DNA of 63,183 nt, the filler included, from Intoshia linei (taxonomy: Eukaryota > Animalia > Orthonectida): the NCBI GenBank assembly GCA_001642005.1. It is 5 parts of 5 records of this genome, joined end to end, with 100 filler letters (N's around TTAATTAATTAA, not from the genome) between each part and the next. Parts side by side here need not be neighbours in the genome. Positions count along the whole stretch, not along the records: positions 24,517 to 30,480 come from LWCA01001726.1; positions 30,581 to 61,588 come from LWCA01000350.1; 3 more parts are not named here. One strand, written 5' to 3'. Positions 26,874 to 38,400 of the stretch are shown here, one piece after another. The notes below the pieces were generated by a model that did not search any database, was not told the DNA's origin, and saw nothing but the letters and a program-made list of their open reading frames with translations. Position numbers and translations under genes: made by a program. How positions within the stretch are numbered: the first letter of the stretch is position 1; each line of letters starts with the position of its first letter.

Positions 26874-28304
26874 CTATATAACAACATTATTTTCAAGGCA
26901 TATAAATTCTCTCGAATAGAAAGGTAAATGTTTTGCCAAAAGTTGATGTTTCGGTAAGTCAGGTTTATAATTTACAGACGGTTTTAATGATTTTTGTAAT
27001 TTAATTCGAAAAGGTCCTTTTCTGGTGAATAAAATAATGACACTAGTTACAAAACCGCACAAAACGATAAATATAGTCATACTCCATCCAATAGCTTCAG
27101 CGTATAAGGGAAAAATATAGTCTCCATCCTTAGTCCTATTGTATTTAATCCACGAAAATATCATAACAAAAGTAATTCCTAATGGAGTAATAATTTTCCA
27201 ACACACAATCCACCAAATTGATGTAATTTTCCAAAATTTTAATGAATATGAATTTGAATTATTTTGTCTTACTTTGACACATTTTATTGAACTACAGTGC
27301 TTTTCATTTGATATGATATTATTTTTCACATCATCTCCAATATTTTGCATTTTTAGATTCATTTTTTCCGCGTCCTTTTTTATTTCTTCCTTTTCAAAAA
27401 TTTCGTAATTTTCAATATTACCTTCAACTGTATCTCCAACATTTAAACATTTTTGATCAGTAGAGCACAAGTTAATGTCTGCACTCAATATGCAAACTAA
27501 ATCTTTAGAGAAATTTTCCGTACCGTAAACGTATCCAATGCAGATACATTCAAATATTGCCAATAGTAAAAGATTCCAACTTCCTATATATGTATCCATT
27601 AATGTTAATACATATGATCCACCATTAGTACACATTATTAATCCGGGTAAAAATAAAATACTGCATAATACTGCAAAAAGAATAGTTTTGTAATTTCGCA
27701 TTTTTGGTGAGCTGTCCATTACTGACGTTGCAATTGTTTCAATCAAGGTAAATTGCGAGTCCATCCCTAGTGTAATCAACATTACAAAGAATAGCACGGC
27801 CCAAATTTGAGGCAATGGCATTGTTGAGACAGCGTAAGGGTAAGCGATGAAAGCTAGACCTGGACCATGATCAACCACTTTATCTACGCTAGTGTTGGTC
27901 ATATGAGCCAAATAACCTAAATTAAATGTATAAACAAAATAAAAAAAATCCAAAATTAAAATTTTGCCATTATAAGAGCATGTATTACCTAAGAATGAAA
28001 AAATAACAAATCCTGCAAATAAACTGGTGGCACAATTTAAAATTGGTATTAATATAGCATCCCTCATTATATTATTATGAAATTTGTTGTAACTTGAAAG
28101 AGCAATCAGTCCACCCCATGAAGTAGACAAGGAAAAGAATATTTGAGATGCTGCTTCTTTCCAAACTGTAATGTCTTTTAGTTTGTCCCAGTTTACATTA
28201 CGTATATAAAAATATATTCCATCTTCGTGGCCTTCCAGAGTTAATCCCCGAATTAGCAATATTAACAAGACAACATAAGGAAATAAAGCTGTAAAGTACA
28301 CTAC
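26874..28304 (-). CDS. SLC6 sodium/chloride-dependent transporter (glycine/proline/amino-acid type), 3' part (TM5-TM12)
   Basis: VVYFTALFPYVVL, W.EAASQIFFSLSTSWGGLIALSSYNKFHNN, GPGLAFIAYP and LGMDSQFTLIET motifs. A 72-bp in-frame intron lies at 27917-27988. 5' exons are not in the window. Confidence 0.92.
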   Translation of the reverse strand, partial: VVYFTALFPYVVLLILLIRGLTLEGHEDGIYFYIRNVNWDKLKDITVWKEAASQIFFSLSTSWGGLIALSSYNKFHNNIMRDAILIPILNCATSLFAGFVIFSFLGNTCSYNGKILILDFFYFVYTFNLGYLAHMTNTSVDKVVDHGPGLAFIAYPYAVSTMPLPQIWAVLFFVMLITLGMDSQFTLIETIATSVMDSSPKMRNYKTILFAVLCSILFLPGLIMCTNGGSYVLTLMDTYIGSWNLLLLAIFECICIGYVYGTENFSKDLVCILSADINLCSTDQKCLNVGDTVEGNIENYEIFEKEEIKKDAEKMNLKMQNIGDDVKNNIISNEKHCSSIKCVKVRQNNSNSYSLKFWKITSIWWIVCWKIITPLGITFVMIFSWIKYNRTKDGDYIFPLYAEAIGWSMTIFIVLCGFVTSVIILFTRKGPFRIKLQKSLKPSVNYKPDLPKHQLLAKHLPFYSREFICLENNVVI

Positions 28305-28599
28305 CTAAATATTATAATATATTAATAATTACATTGTGTTTATTATTATGGTTATCGTATTATATCAGGATGTCAGACTCAATTTACATTGCTGGCTAAA
28401 TGTGAAAATAAATTATTACGCGGGCCGCACAAAAAAAATACTAACCATTATTAAACTAACAGTTTAATTAATTTATAATAATTTTAACTAGCAGAATAAA
28501 ATAATAAAACATAATAATGTAAAAACTATACACCTTAGAATACATATTTACAATAGAATACAAAATAATAAGTGTATAACTAATGTTAATATTGTAATC

Positions 28600-29165
28600 C
28601 TTTACTAAGTAAAGTTTACTTATTTAAAATTTAATGTCTGTGTGTGTGTTTACGTTAATTGAAAAAATTAACATTCGTAGATTTTAAAAAAATCCAATTT
28701 CTAATACAGTTTTTCGCAGAACGTGTTTATATTTATTTTTCAGTTTAACAATTTGAGTCCTTTAGGATCAAAAACCCAATTTACTCTACTGTATAAATAT
28801 AAAATTAGTCCAAAATTTTAATAAAAATACATTCTAGGACGCGTTTTAAAATCATTAACATTGTCGTAAATCTCAGACTCAGCAACGCATACCTTCACGG
28901 TCAAAACCACAAATTACCCTTTGTTTTAAAAATGAAACACGTCCTAAAATTTTATAAAACATAAATTATGGGATAGTTTTTAAAATCATAAGCATTATAA
29001 TAAATGGAATCCTCAAAAAAGATTAATTTCACGATCAAACCCCATATTACCCTTCTTGAAAAAATGAAAACAGCCCTAGAATTTAAACAAAATTACAGAT
29101 AATAGTTATATCATGTTAACACACACAAAAAATTTCAATCTGACAACGTGACGTCTTCACCATCA
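28600..29165 (+). mobile_element. Helitron-like family copy
   Basis: ATCCTTTAC... start, ATGTCTGTGTGTG and the same internal blocks as the copies at 11702, 43920 and 47021. Confidence 0.6.
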
Positions 29166-29202
29166 AAACGCCATCCAAATTTATAAGCGATTCTATATAA
29201 AA

Positions 29203-29280
29203 GAATGGAAAGAATTATTTTCTGAAGCTGTAGAAAAATATAGAAATGATGACATATTTAACTGTGATGAAACCAGATCT
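29203..29280 (+). mobile_element. Tigger transposase fragment
   Basis: EWKELFSEAVEKYRNDDIFNCDET matches the pogo/Tigger DIFNxDETG motif. Confidence 0.55.
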
Positions 29281-29646
29281 TATAAAATAAAAAATTAAAA
29301 ATAGCAACAAAATTAGAAACTATTTTCCATTGCAAAAATGAATACTTATACATTTGTGTCAATATTCACTTCATTCTTAATTCATATTCATATTGTACAA
29401 CCAACTCTATTATGAATATTCTAAATATCCGGTCTTTTGACATTCATATTGTACAGAAACCACTGTATATTTATTATTACTACATTTTTATTATTGATTG
29501 AAGATATATTGATACTCTATGTTACTATACAGTCCAAGAATCTTAATTATTATTTTAAATTATTGTGTAATTATTAATTAAATACATAAATCGACTAATA
29601 ATCGAATAATCGACTTCTTTACAATATAATAATTAACTCTTATAAA

Positions 29647-30480
29647 ATGCAAGATTCTACCCAAAGAGACAGTTTTGTTGGATTGATCAACTCCTCGATA
29701 GACTGTATTTTTCGAACGATCACGGTGAGTCATTTATGTATATCACAAACTGTAAAATTTCTTATAGACACCGGCTCCACCGTCAATTTGATTACAGCAG
29801 CCATACTGGCAAGGTTAAACTATACATATATACTCGAACCAACGACTGTGTACGATTATATACCACTAATGGTTCCGTATTAAAACACAACAGAATTACA
29901 ACTTTACTTATTAACAAAAAATTTCTCGAATTTTATGTAGTGAATACTGAAACAAATATAATGGGATTACATCTCTCCGTAAAATTAGAATTTATCATCA
30001 TTCCTAAAATAAATTTAATAAATCAATACAATGATTTCTCCGAAATGAGGACACGATATCAAAAAGTTTTCTCTAGCGTGCCGGCCTTTTTCAAGGGTAC
30101 CGAACATAAAATCGATTTAAATGATGAAAGGAAATTAATTAAATGTCAAATATTTCCAATACCAATAAACTTGAGCAACATTGCTACCTCGATGATCAAA
30201 GAAATGATCAAAAATGATATAATTGAACCCAGTGTTTCACAATACAAATCACCATTTTTCTTGGTACCGAAAGACAAAGATAAATATCGTTTCGTGGTGG
30301 ATTACCGAAACCTTAACGCTGTAACTAAACCAAACTCTTATCCAACTCCAAACCTAAAATTATGCTTAGAACAGCTGTCTAACAAAAAAATATTTACTAC
30401 TCTAGACCTCTGTAGTGGATTTTGGCAAATTCCAATAGCAATAGAAGACCAACCAAAAACAGCATTTGCAACCACTTACG
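29647..30480 (+). mobile_element. Ty3/Gypsy LTR retrotransposon pol fragment (aspartic protease + RT start), frameshifted and truncated by gap
   Basis: FLIDTGSTVNLI protease motif, then IIEPS.S.Y.SP.FLVPK...YRFVVDYRNLN..T....YP.P..FTTLDLCSGFWQIPI..DQPKTAF.T. Confidence 0.9.
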
Positions 30481-30580
30481 NNNNNNNNNNNNNNNNNNNN
30501 NNNNNNNNNNNNNNNNNNNNNNNNTTAATTAATTAANNNNNNNNNNNNNNNNNNNNNNNNNNNNNNNNNNNNNNNNNNNN
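30481..30580. other. Artificial 100-bp spacer
   Basis: N44-TTAATTAATTAA-N44. Confidence 0.95.
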
Positions 30581-32089
30581 AAACTTTAATTAAAATTTTT
30601 TAAAAAACTAATTTTACAAAATAGTAAAATAAAGAAAAAATTGTGTTTTTGACCCGAAGGATTCAATAGGTAAAATTATATTTCATACGTTACTACGCTA
30701 TATTATGCGACGCATAAAAATAATCAAATTACCCACTTATGGGTAAATATCCACAGGTTGGGGATCCCTGATCTAGAGTAGATCAATAGTTTCCGATTCA
30801 AATAGTTTACGTAAGTCCATTTCAAAATGTTCATTTTTTTAGATCTCAAAGGAAACATGAAATATAAAACATTTATGAAAAAATTAAAGGTTTTTCAAAA
30901 AAATATTGGAAAAATGGAATTTTTCTAAAACATATCTGTAAAAGTCGATTTTGCCCTGAGGGTTTGAAATGTTATTTTTTATTGAATTTTATTAATGATG
31001 AGATAAAAGTGGGATTTTTGAAATAATAATGTAGCAGTCATCTAGGCTTTGGGATAAATTCCCAATATCTGGCAGCACTGTAATAAATATAAAAATTCTG
31101 CTACAATAAACAAAAGTTGATAAAATTGTTTATATTTAATTTGAATCTCACGGACCCATACATAATAGTTTTAGATCACCAATCGGGAACCACTGCTCTA
31201 GACTCTAGATCAAGACTCCACAACCTTTCCACCAATTCAGCCACAATGCTACTTTTCTCATTGATACTACGGCCGCACAAAATTTACTTCGACGTTGAGA
31301 AAGTTTACTCTAAACCTAAATTTTAGGTCTAATAAAATATTTTTCTTTAAATTTTAATATCAGCAAGTTTTAATTAATAATTTTCAATTAAAATTAATCC
31401 TTAATTCACTCATATAAATTAATACCACATTTGTCATTTATCTGAATCGGAATAAATAGCAATAGTAGGATTAATGCAGTGCTTCTCATGGGGTGATTGG
31501 TCACCCCAAGGGGTGAATACAAAAATTTAGATGATTGTAGGCGAATCTACCATTTTCAACATATTTCATTAAATCATTCAATTTAATATAATCTTATGAG
31601 AAAAAACCAAAATTTTACCAACCCTTAAGGAAGAAATTCCTTTTTACCAATATTTTTTTTAAAAATCCATTTTTACCAAATTTTTAGATCAATAATTCTT
31701 CTGACTGATTCCATAAGAAAAAACCTAATTTTAAAAAAATTTGAAAAATCTCTTTTTACTAATATATTTTTGAAAAAACATTAATCATTAATAATAATTG
31801 GACAACAGAAAAAAGTTTCATTAAAAACCGATTTGTTGATACATTACAGTGGAAGACATAAAAAAAGCTATCAATGACTGCCTTGATTTTGTGTGCCCTT
31901 CGTTAACATTTGATAAACTGGGGCAAAGTCAAGAATGTAATTTTTTGATTAAAATATTGTAAATAGACCTTGAATAAAATCTCATTTTAACTTTTTAATT
32001 TCAAGTAAAATGATATATTGTATTATGACCAGATGTATTGCCCACGGCCGCACGTTGTGCACCCCTGCTTTAGATGAACTGGCATAAAC

Positions 32090-35000
32090 CGTTTCAAAAT
32101 AATCTTTTTCCAAATTTCTAAGATTATTAGTTATTTAATACTTTCTGATTTACAATATTATGTTAATAAAATAGTTATCAAATAAAAAAATATCAATGCT
32201 AAAGTATTTTTAAAATGTGAAGTCGTCACTTTCTGAGATTGAAATTTTTTGTGCATGTTAACCTGAAATAACGATATTAACTATGATTTTCTTTAAAATT
32301 CCAAGACTGTTATAATTTTAAAAAAAGGGTAATTTGGGTCTTAATCATAAAGATTTGATGTCTTTTCTGAGAATGAACTTTGCGATAAAACATCACTCCC
32401 AAAAGATTCCATTAGAAATTGAGTTATTTAAATTCTAGGACTCTTAATTTTTTAACTAAACGATGACACCAACAGAAGTTAATTTTTATAAAAAGTAAAG
32501 GATTTTATCTATAGAAATCCATAAAAAATTACCAATAATATGTCATTCAAGTTTTGTTTCACTAAATATTTCTTAATAAGTATCAAATTATCTTTATTCA
32601 ATTTGAAGTATATAAATCCGAGTATAGCTAAAATATAATAATTATAATTTAACAAATTTATTAAAATCCTTAAACTGGCGGTAGCTAAGCCAGCATGATA
32701 TAAAATGTTTCACAGACACCAAAAATAAAATATAGATAAAGTTTAAATGGCTCACATCTATTAAAAAATGAATGGATGAAATGCGATGTAACATAATTAT
32801 GTCGATATTAGTAAAATGACTTGCATTATGTCGAATTATATTGAATTATGTCGAGATGAATGGAATTAAATTTATTTATATACATGATGATAATGATAAC
32901 CAATATAGATGACATGGTTTCTATTATTTTGAAATTAAACGAGTTATTTCATTATCAATCAGTTGTATATTATAAATATTTGGAATTAATGCGAATTTAA
33001 TTCAAAAACAATAGAAAGAATGAGAATTCCATTTTTGCAACTTTTGTCCGAAAAATGGTGGAGTAACAAGCAACGACCACAAAAACTTGATGGAAATTTC
33101 CCATTTATAGGACTGGCCGTAGATAGCACTTCTCTAAAGATGTTTAGGTATTATACTATTAATTTTACTTATCTTATTGACATCTTAGACCACACGAGGT
33201 AGAATTAAATGCCAAAAAGATGTACGATTGTAAGAATAAGATGAATGTTTTGAAAAAATAGGTAGCTGTAATGACCACTCCACCTCACTATGCGTTATTT
33301 TCTCAGGATGCCTTTTTGGGTAGTGAACATGACTATTCAGCATTTAAAAGAAATTTTAAAAGTTATCTTGGTTACCTGAAAAAGCTTCCAATTGAGGAAA
33401 CAGACGAAAAAAGTGATACGAGATGGGGTATGATTCTCGACTCTGGATATATGGGACCGGATTCAGACACTTTAGGTTTGAGAAAATATGTAATGAATCG
33501 TCCACCTTTAATAAAACCAGTAGATGTTGAGTCACAAAAGGAATTAACATCTATAAGGGGCTGCGTGGAAAAATTTTATTTAGTATATTTTCTCAAACCT
33601 ATCGTTGATATATCGCATTTTAATGTCGATTTCGATATTTGCGTTTTGTTAACAAATGAGATCATATCACGAACTCAGTTAACAGATAATGACATAATCT
33701 ATGACCTCGGGCTTATATCATTACAAAAACGGCAAAATAATAGTCGAACCCTAAAATCTAGAGAAGAGTATGTTCGATATAAAATGAGAAAACAATATCG
33801 AATTAGCGGCGATTTTAGCATTTCATCTTGTTCTTCGTCGCCTTTTCATTATGATGGTAAAATATTTATAAAATTTAAGTTTTAATTTTTTTATTTAGAT
33901 TAAAATCCATCAAGGCATATATGGATCTAATTCTCCCTTAGTTAAACTGTATTTTTACAGTTATGTTACTATTTGATATGTTGTATATATATACAAATTG
34001 TATAAATATATTAGTATATTACTTTCTAATAAATTTTTTGAATCCTACGTAGTTCAATCGTTTTATTCAATTTATTCATTAATTCGCAATTTGTGTGCTT
34101 GATTCTTAAGCATTCTTCGTTAACCCTCGTGCTAATATTTTTTTATATTGTAGACCCGCGGGTGCACAACGTACGGTCGCATGCGGCCCAAGAGCGTTTA
34201 TTTGCGGCCGTAGGTAATTTTCTCATTTAATATTTTATAATGAATAATTGGCCATTTTCTCAAAATAGATTTAAATTTTCTCAGTATCAAAGTAAATTTT
34301 AACAAAATAATCTTAAGTGCTAATAATTCACTGAAATTTAATTTTTAACATTTAAATTTAACTCTACAAAAATGCTTATTTACTATTTATTTATTTGATA
34401 TTGATAAATTTTGATTATAATCAAAATTTAATAGGTTATTTGTAATATTATTTATCTTAAACGATTACGGTGATTTTATTCTAATATAAATAAATTTAAT
34501 TCAAGTTTACTTCAATTTAATTCCATTCATCTCGACATAATGCAAGTCATCTTACTAATATCGACATAATTATGTTACATCGCATTTCATCCAATCTTTA
34601 TTAAACAGAAAATTTTAACATGCCACCCAAAAAACCTCAGACCCAAACAATCAACCCATCAACAGAAAACAGTGCATGATATTATTATTATATGAAATTA
34701 ACATATAATATAGCCATTATACGAGATAAAATGGTTCTCTGATGTATCCTATCATGACAGAATTACAAAGTTTCAAGTCTGTTAAGTCTCAACTTAAGAG
34801 GATGCATTGCATGTTTGAAAGGCATTATATTTTTGTCTAATGTTATTTGTTTTTAGGATTCCTTAATCCACGAATCCATGCTTAAGTGTATTTATTTATT
34901 TGTAATTTATTTATAATTTTACGTACCAATAAATGTCCATTTTTTAGATTTCAATATGTTGAATCCATCTTTTTTGAAAAAATCATCAACTACAAACGTC

Positions 35001-35215
35001 AATAATTTATCAAATCGTAAGATGAACAATGTGAGTTCTGTAATGAATTGTTTGGATTCTGGATTCATATGCTTCTAAATAATGCATTTTTATTAAAAAG
35101 TATTAACATTTATTAAAATATTAATTATCTAAAATTCTTATACCACATAATCGTCGATAAAAGTTTCGGGTAAGGTGTATATTTCTGTTTCGGATGGAGT
35201 GTAATTTTCAATCAT
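32090..35215 (-). CDS. CFAP99-like ciliary protein, N-terminal exons (possibly degenerate or incomplete)
   Basis: Exons 35215-35144, ~35074-34927 and 32626-32512 splice in phase to ..SKQFITELTLFILRFDKLLTFVVDDFFKKDGFNILKS..AILGFIYFKL... This resembles the CFAP99 N-terminus (F..EV..G...Y.KLL..VV..FY..DG). Downstream exons could not be joined cleanly. Confidence 0.5.
32774..34592 (+). mobile_element. PIF/Harbinger-superfamily (PHIS) DNA transposon, 1.8 kb, degenerate intron-containing transposase
   Basis: TIRs ~100 bp (GGATGAAATGCGATGTAACATAATTATGTCGA...) flanked by AAT on both sides. Transposase reads AVDST..(41-bp intron 33148-33188)..K*VAV..PPHYALF..GSEHD..ILDSGYMG..RGCVEKF, consistent with the DDE_Tnp_4 D-D-E triad. 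Confidence 0.85.
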
Positions 35216-35410
35216 TTTTTTAGTCGTATTAATTATTTCGAAAATGTCCATATTGTAAAGTCCAACTACAATAATCAAATTTTAATAGATCAATCTATGA
35301 AATGATTAAAATATTAAATTTGTTATTATAACTTGGTTACTTTTTAAACAAATAAAATTTTACCGATTATTTAGTGCAATATTTACCATATAATTAATAT
35401 ACATGTATCA

Positions 35411-38400
35411 ATGAGTTCTAAAAATTCAATTAAAGAAGAGAATCAAATTGACGCGGAAAATGTTGATAATAATGATGTCAAAGAATCAAGTCACTTGATT
35501 CAATCAGACATAGCAAACTCTGAAAACATTGATACCACTGATGAAAATTTGAATAATCAGCAAATTAATGAAAATATGGAAAAAGAAAACAATGAAAATG
35601 CTGAATCTAAAATTATTGGTAATTAAAACATGACATATTAAAATTGTACACTATTAATTTATAAGTGTCTACATCAATCCAAACATTTTTACTAAAAATC
35701 CACTTTTACAAATCCCTAAGGGAAAAATTAATTTTCACAAAAGCTTAAGTGAAAATTCCCATTTTACCAAGCTTTAAGGAAAAAATTCAGTCTTACTAAC
35801 CCTAAAATGAAAAAATCAGTTTTAGTAACCCTAAAAGGAAAAATCCACTTTTATCAACCCTTAAGTGAAAAATTAAGGGTAGGATTTTTAGTAAAAATGG
35901 TGGATTTAAGAATATTATCTTAATTTATTATACATACCATTATCAAGTTATCTTTTTCATTACACTTTAGTATCGACATTTGTAAATTAAATTTTTATTA
36001 TTAATTGTAAATTACGCAAAATATAAATAAAGTATAACATGTAATATACATTGTATATTAACCATGTAAATGTATATAAAATGCATTTTTAATTATTATG
36101 ATCAAATTGTTTTGGCGGTATCTTACAATAGATAATTTTACGTTATAAATATTTTTGAAAATCAACTACATTACTTAATGTGTATAATATACAGTGTATA
36201 TCAATAGTTATTATACAAATAAGTAGTTATATATGGTTATACAATATATAATATTATATATATATATATATATAATATTAATTTTATCAATATCATAAGT
36301 TAAAATATTGTAAAATTTTAATACATCTATTTGATAATTTAGAAATAGAAGAAAACTCTGTAAATGAATCAAATGAAAAAACAAACACGAGTGAAGAAAC
36401 TTTGAAAGAAATTACTTCAGACAAAGTTGATGTAAATACTAATATAGAGAACGAACCAAAAGATGAGATAGATCCCATAGAAAAATCTGACAAACAGGAA
36501 GAATTAGTGGAAAACTTAACTAATGTCGACAATAACAGAGAAAATATCGCCAATGAGAATATTGAAATAGAAAACAAAAAGAAAATTGATATTGAAGTTG
36601 ATGTTGATGTCGATATTGACCCATATAAGCAAGTACTTGATTTAGAAGACAAAAAAGATGTTAAAAAAAATGATAGTGTCAGTTCTGATCAAGTTTTAAA
36701 TGCTGAAAAAGATTTAATAAATGAATTACAAGATTCAGAAACTGATAAAAATATTGTAGAGAATGATGATAACGTAATAAATGAAATCGATCAAGAAAAA
36801 AGTGAATTAATTGAAAAATTAAATGAAATTGACAAAACTATGGAAAATGACGAGGAAATTTTAAAAAATGGTCAGAACAAGCAAGATGACATTCAAGATA
36901 ATATTTCGAGTTATAGAGAACAACTTACAATTGAAGTTGAATCAGAAAATGGTAAATAACAAAAGATTACTTTTTTATCAATTTTTTTTGAGCAATTATG
37001 CTTAGGTTTCTATAATACTATAATTTCAATAATTCATAAATTTCTAAATCAGCGCTTCTTAGGATAAAATGAGCTATAATTTTTATAAAATTAATAATAA
37101 TAGAAAAAAGTTAAATAATTTTAAAAATAAATTATTTCAACTCCGTAATTCTTAGTTTTATGTTGGTTAATTTGATAACAATATCTTCTCTTTGATATAA
37201 TGGGTATTGTATTTACATCTATGACGTAAAAAGAATTGTTTTTTGTCAGATACAATTTTAAAAATGACCCACCTATTGACAGAAATAGTCCTAAGATGGT
37301 TGAAATTATTAACAAAATGTACATAAATGTATATGAACAAACTATTCTTACTTATATAAAGTAAAATGGTTAGAAATGTATGTCTGTTTATTTATTTGTT
37401 TGTTTGTTCCAGTTTATTTAAGAAAGTAAGCGGAGTCGAGTTTTATAAATTCCATATTCTTATAACCGTTTTTCCAGAGTTTTGTTTTATCGCACATTTC
37501 AAGTTCTGAAATTGAGTTCTTCAAGGTTAAAAACACCAATTGTCCTTTTTTATAAATTCAAACCCGTAATATAATTATAAAAAATACACACTCTAATAAA
37601 ATGTATTAAATTCATCCATTTTATGATAATTTTTAATTTCAAAATCTTATATCTTTACAGCCAAAACCGCAAATGATCCTTTTTTGTAAAAATTAAGAAA
37701 GTCCTAGAATTTTATACAACATACATTCTTGGATGGTTTTTAAATTCATAAACATTATACTGTTTATCATAAATGGTCACCTCAAAAAATATCAGTTTCA
37801 CGGTCAAAAACCCAGATTACCCTTTTTATTTAAAAAAAAAGAAAACTGCCCTAGAATTTCAAAAAAAATACAGATTATACTGTGATAAAATATATCACAT
37901 TCTTGCGCTTACAAATTATATAATAATTAAGTAAAGAAACTTGTTCATTCCTTCATATTTTTGATGATTGCATTTTTAATTTATACAAATTACGAATGTT
38001 TGGATTTTTAATGGATCATATATTTAATATAATAATACACATTTCCACCAATATTTCTGTATTGGAAATGTGTAGACGTTCAATACACATTTTTTTTGAA
38101 ATTGTAGGATGAATATTTACACTATCTATTTTTTACACTTAAATTCTAATTAGCTAGTGAAAAATAAACCATTAAAAATGTTTCAATGTATTTATGTGAA
38201 TACTTTAAAAACTTAATTCAAATTTTGATCAAAATCAAAAAATGAAACAGACCGGGGTTTCTTAAAGTCAATGACCACCAAACATAATTGCTAACATTAA
38301 GGTGCAAGTTTTATTTAAGACTATTAAACTGTTATTATCGAATAATTTGTCGTGGAGAGTTAGTAGTAGGCTCGGGTTAGATGGAAATTAAAGGCCCTAT

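Noticed and set aside
34620-34885. Plus-strand MPPKKPQTQT.. fragment with a possible degraded zinc finger
   Set aside because: Several stops and frameshifts, and it lies outside the TIR. Not assignable.
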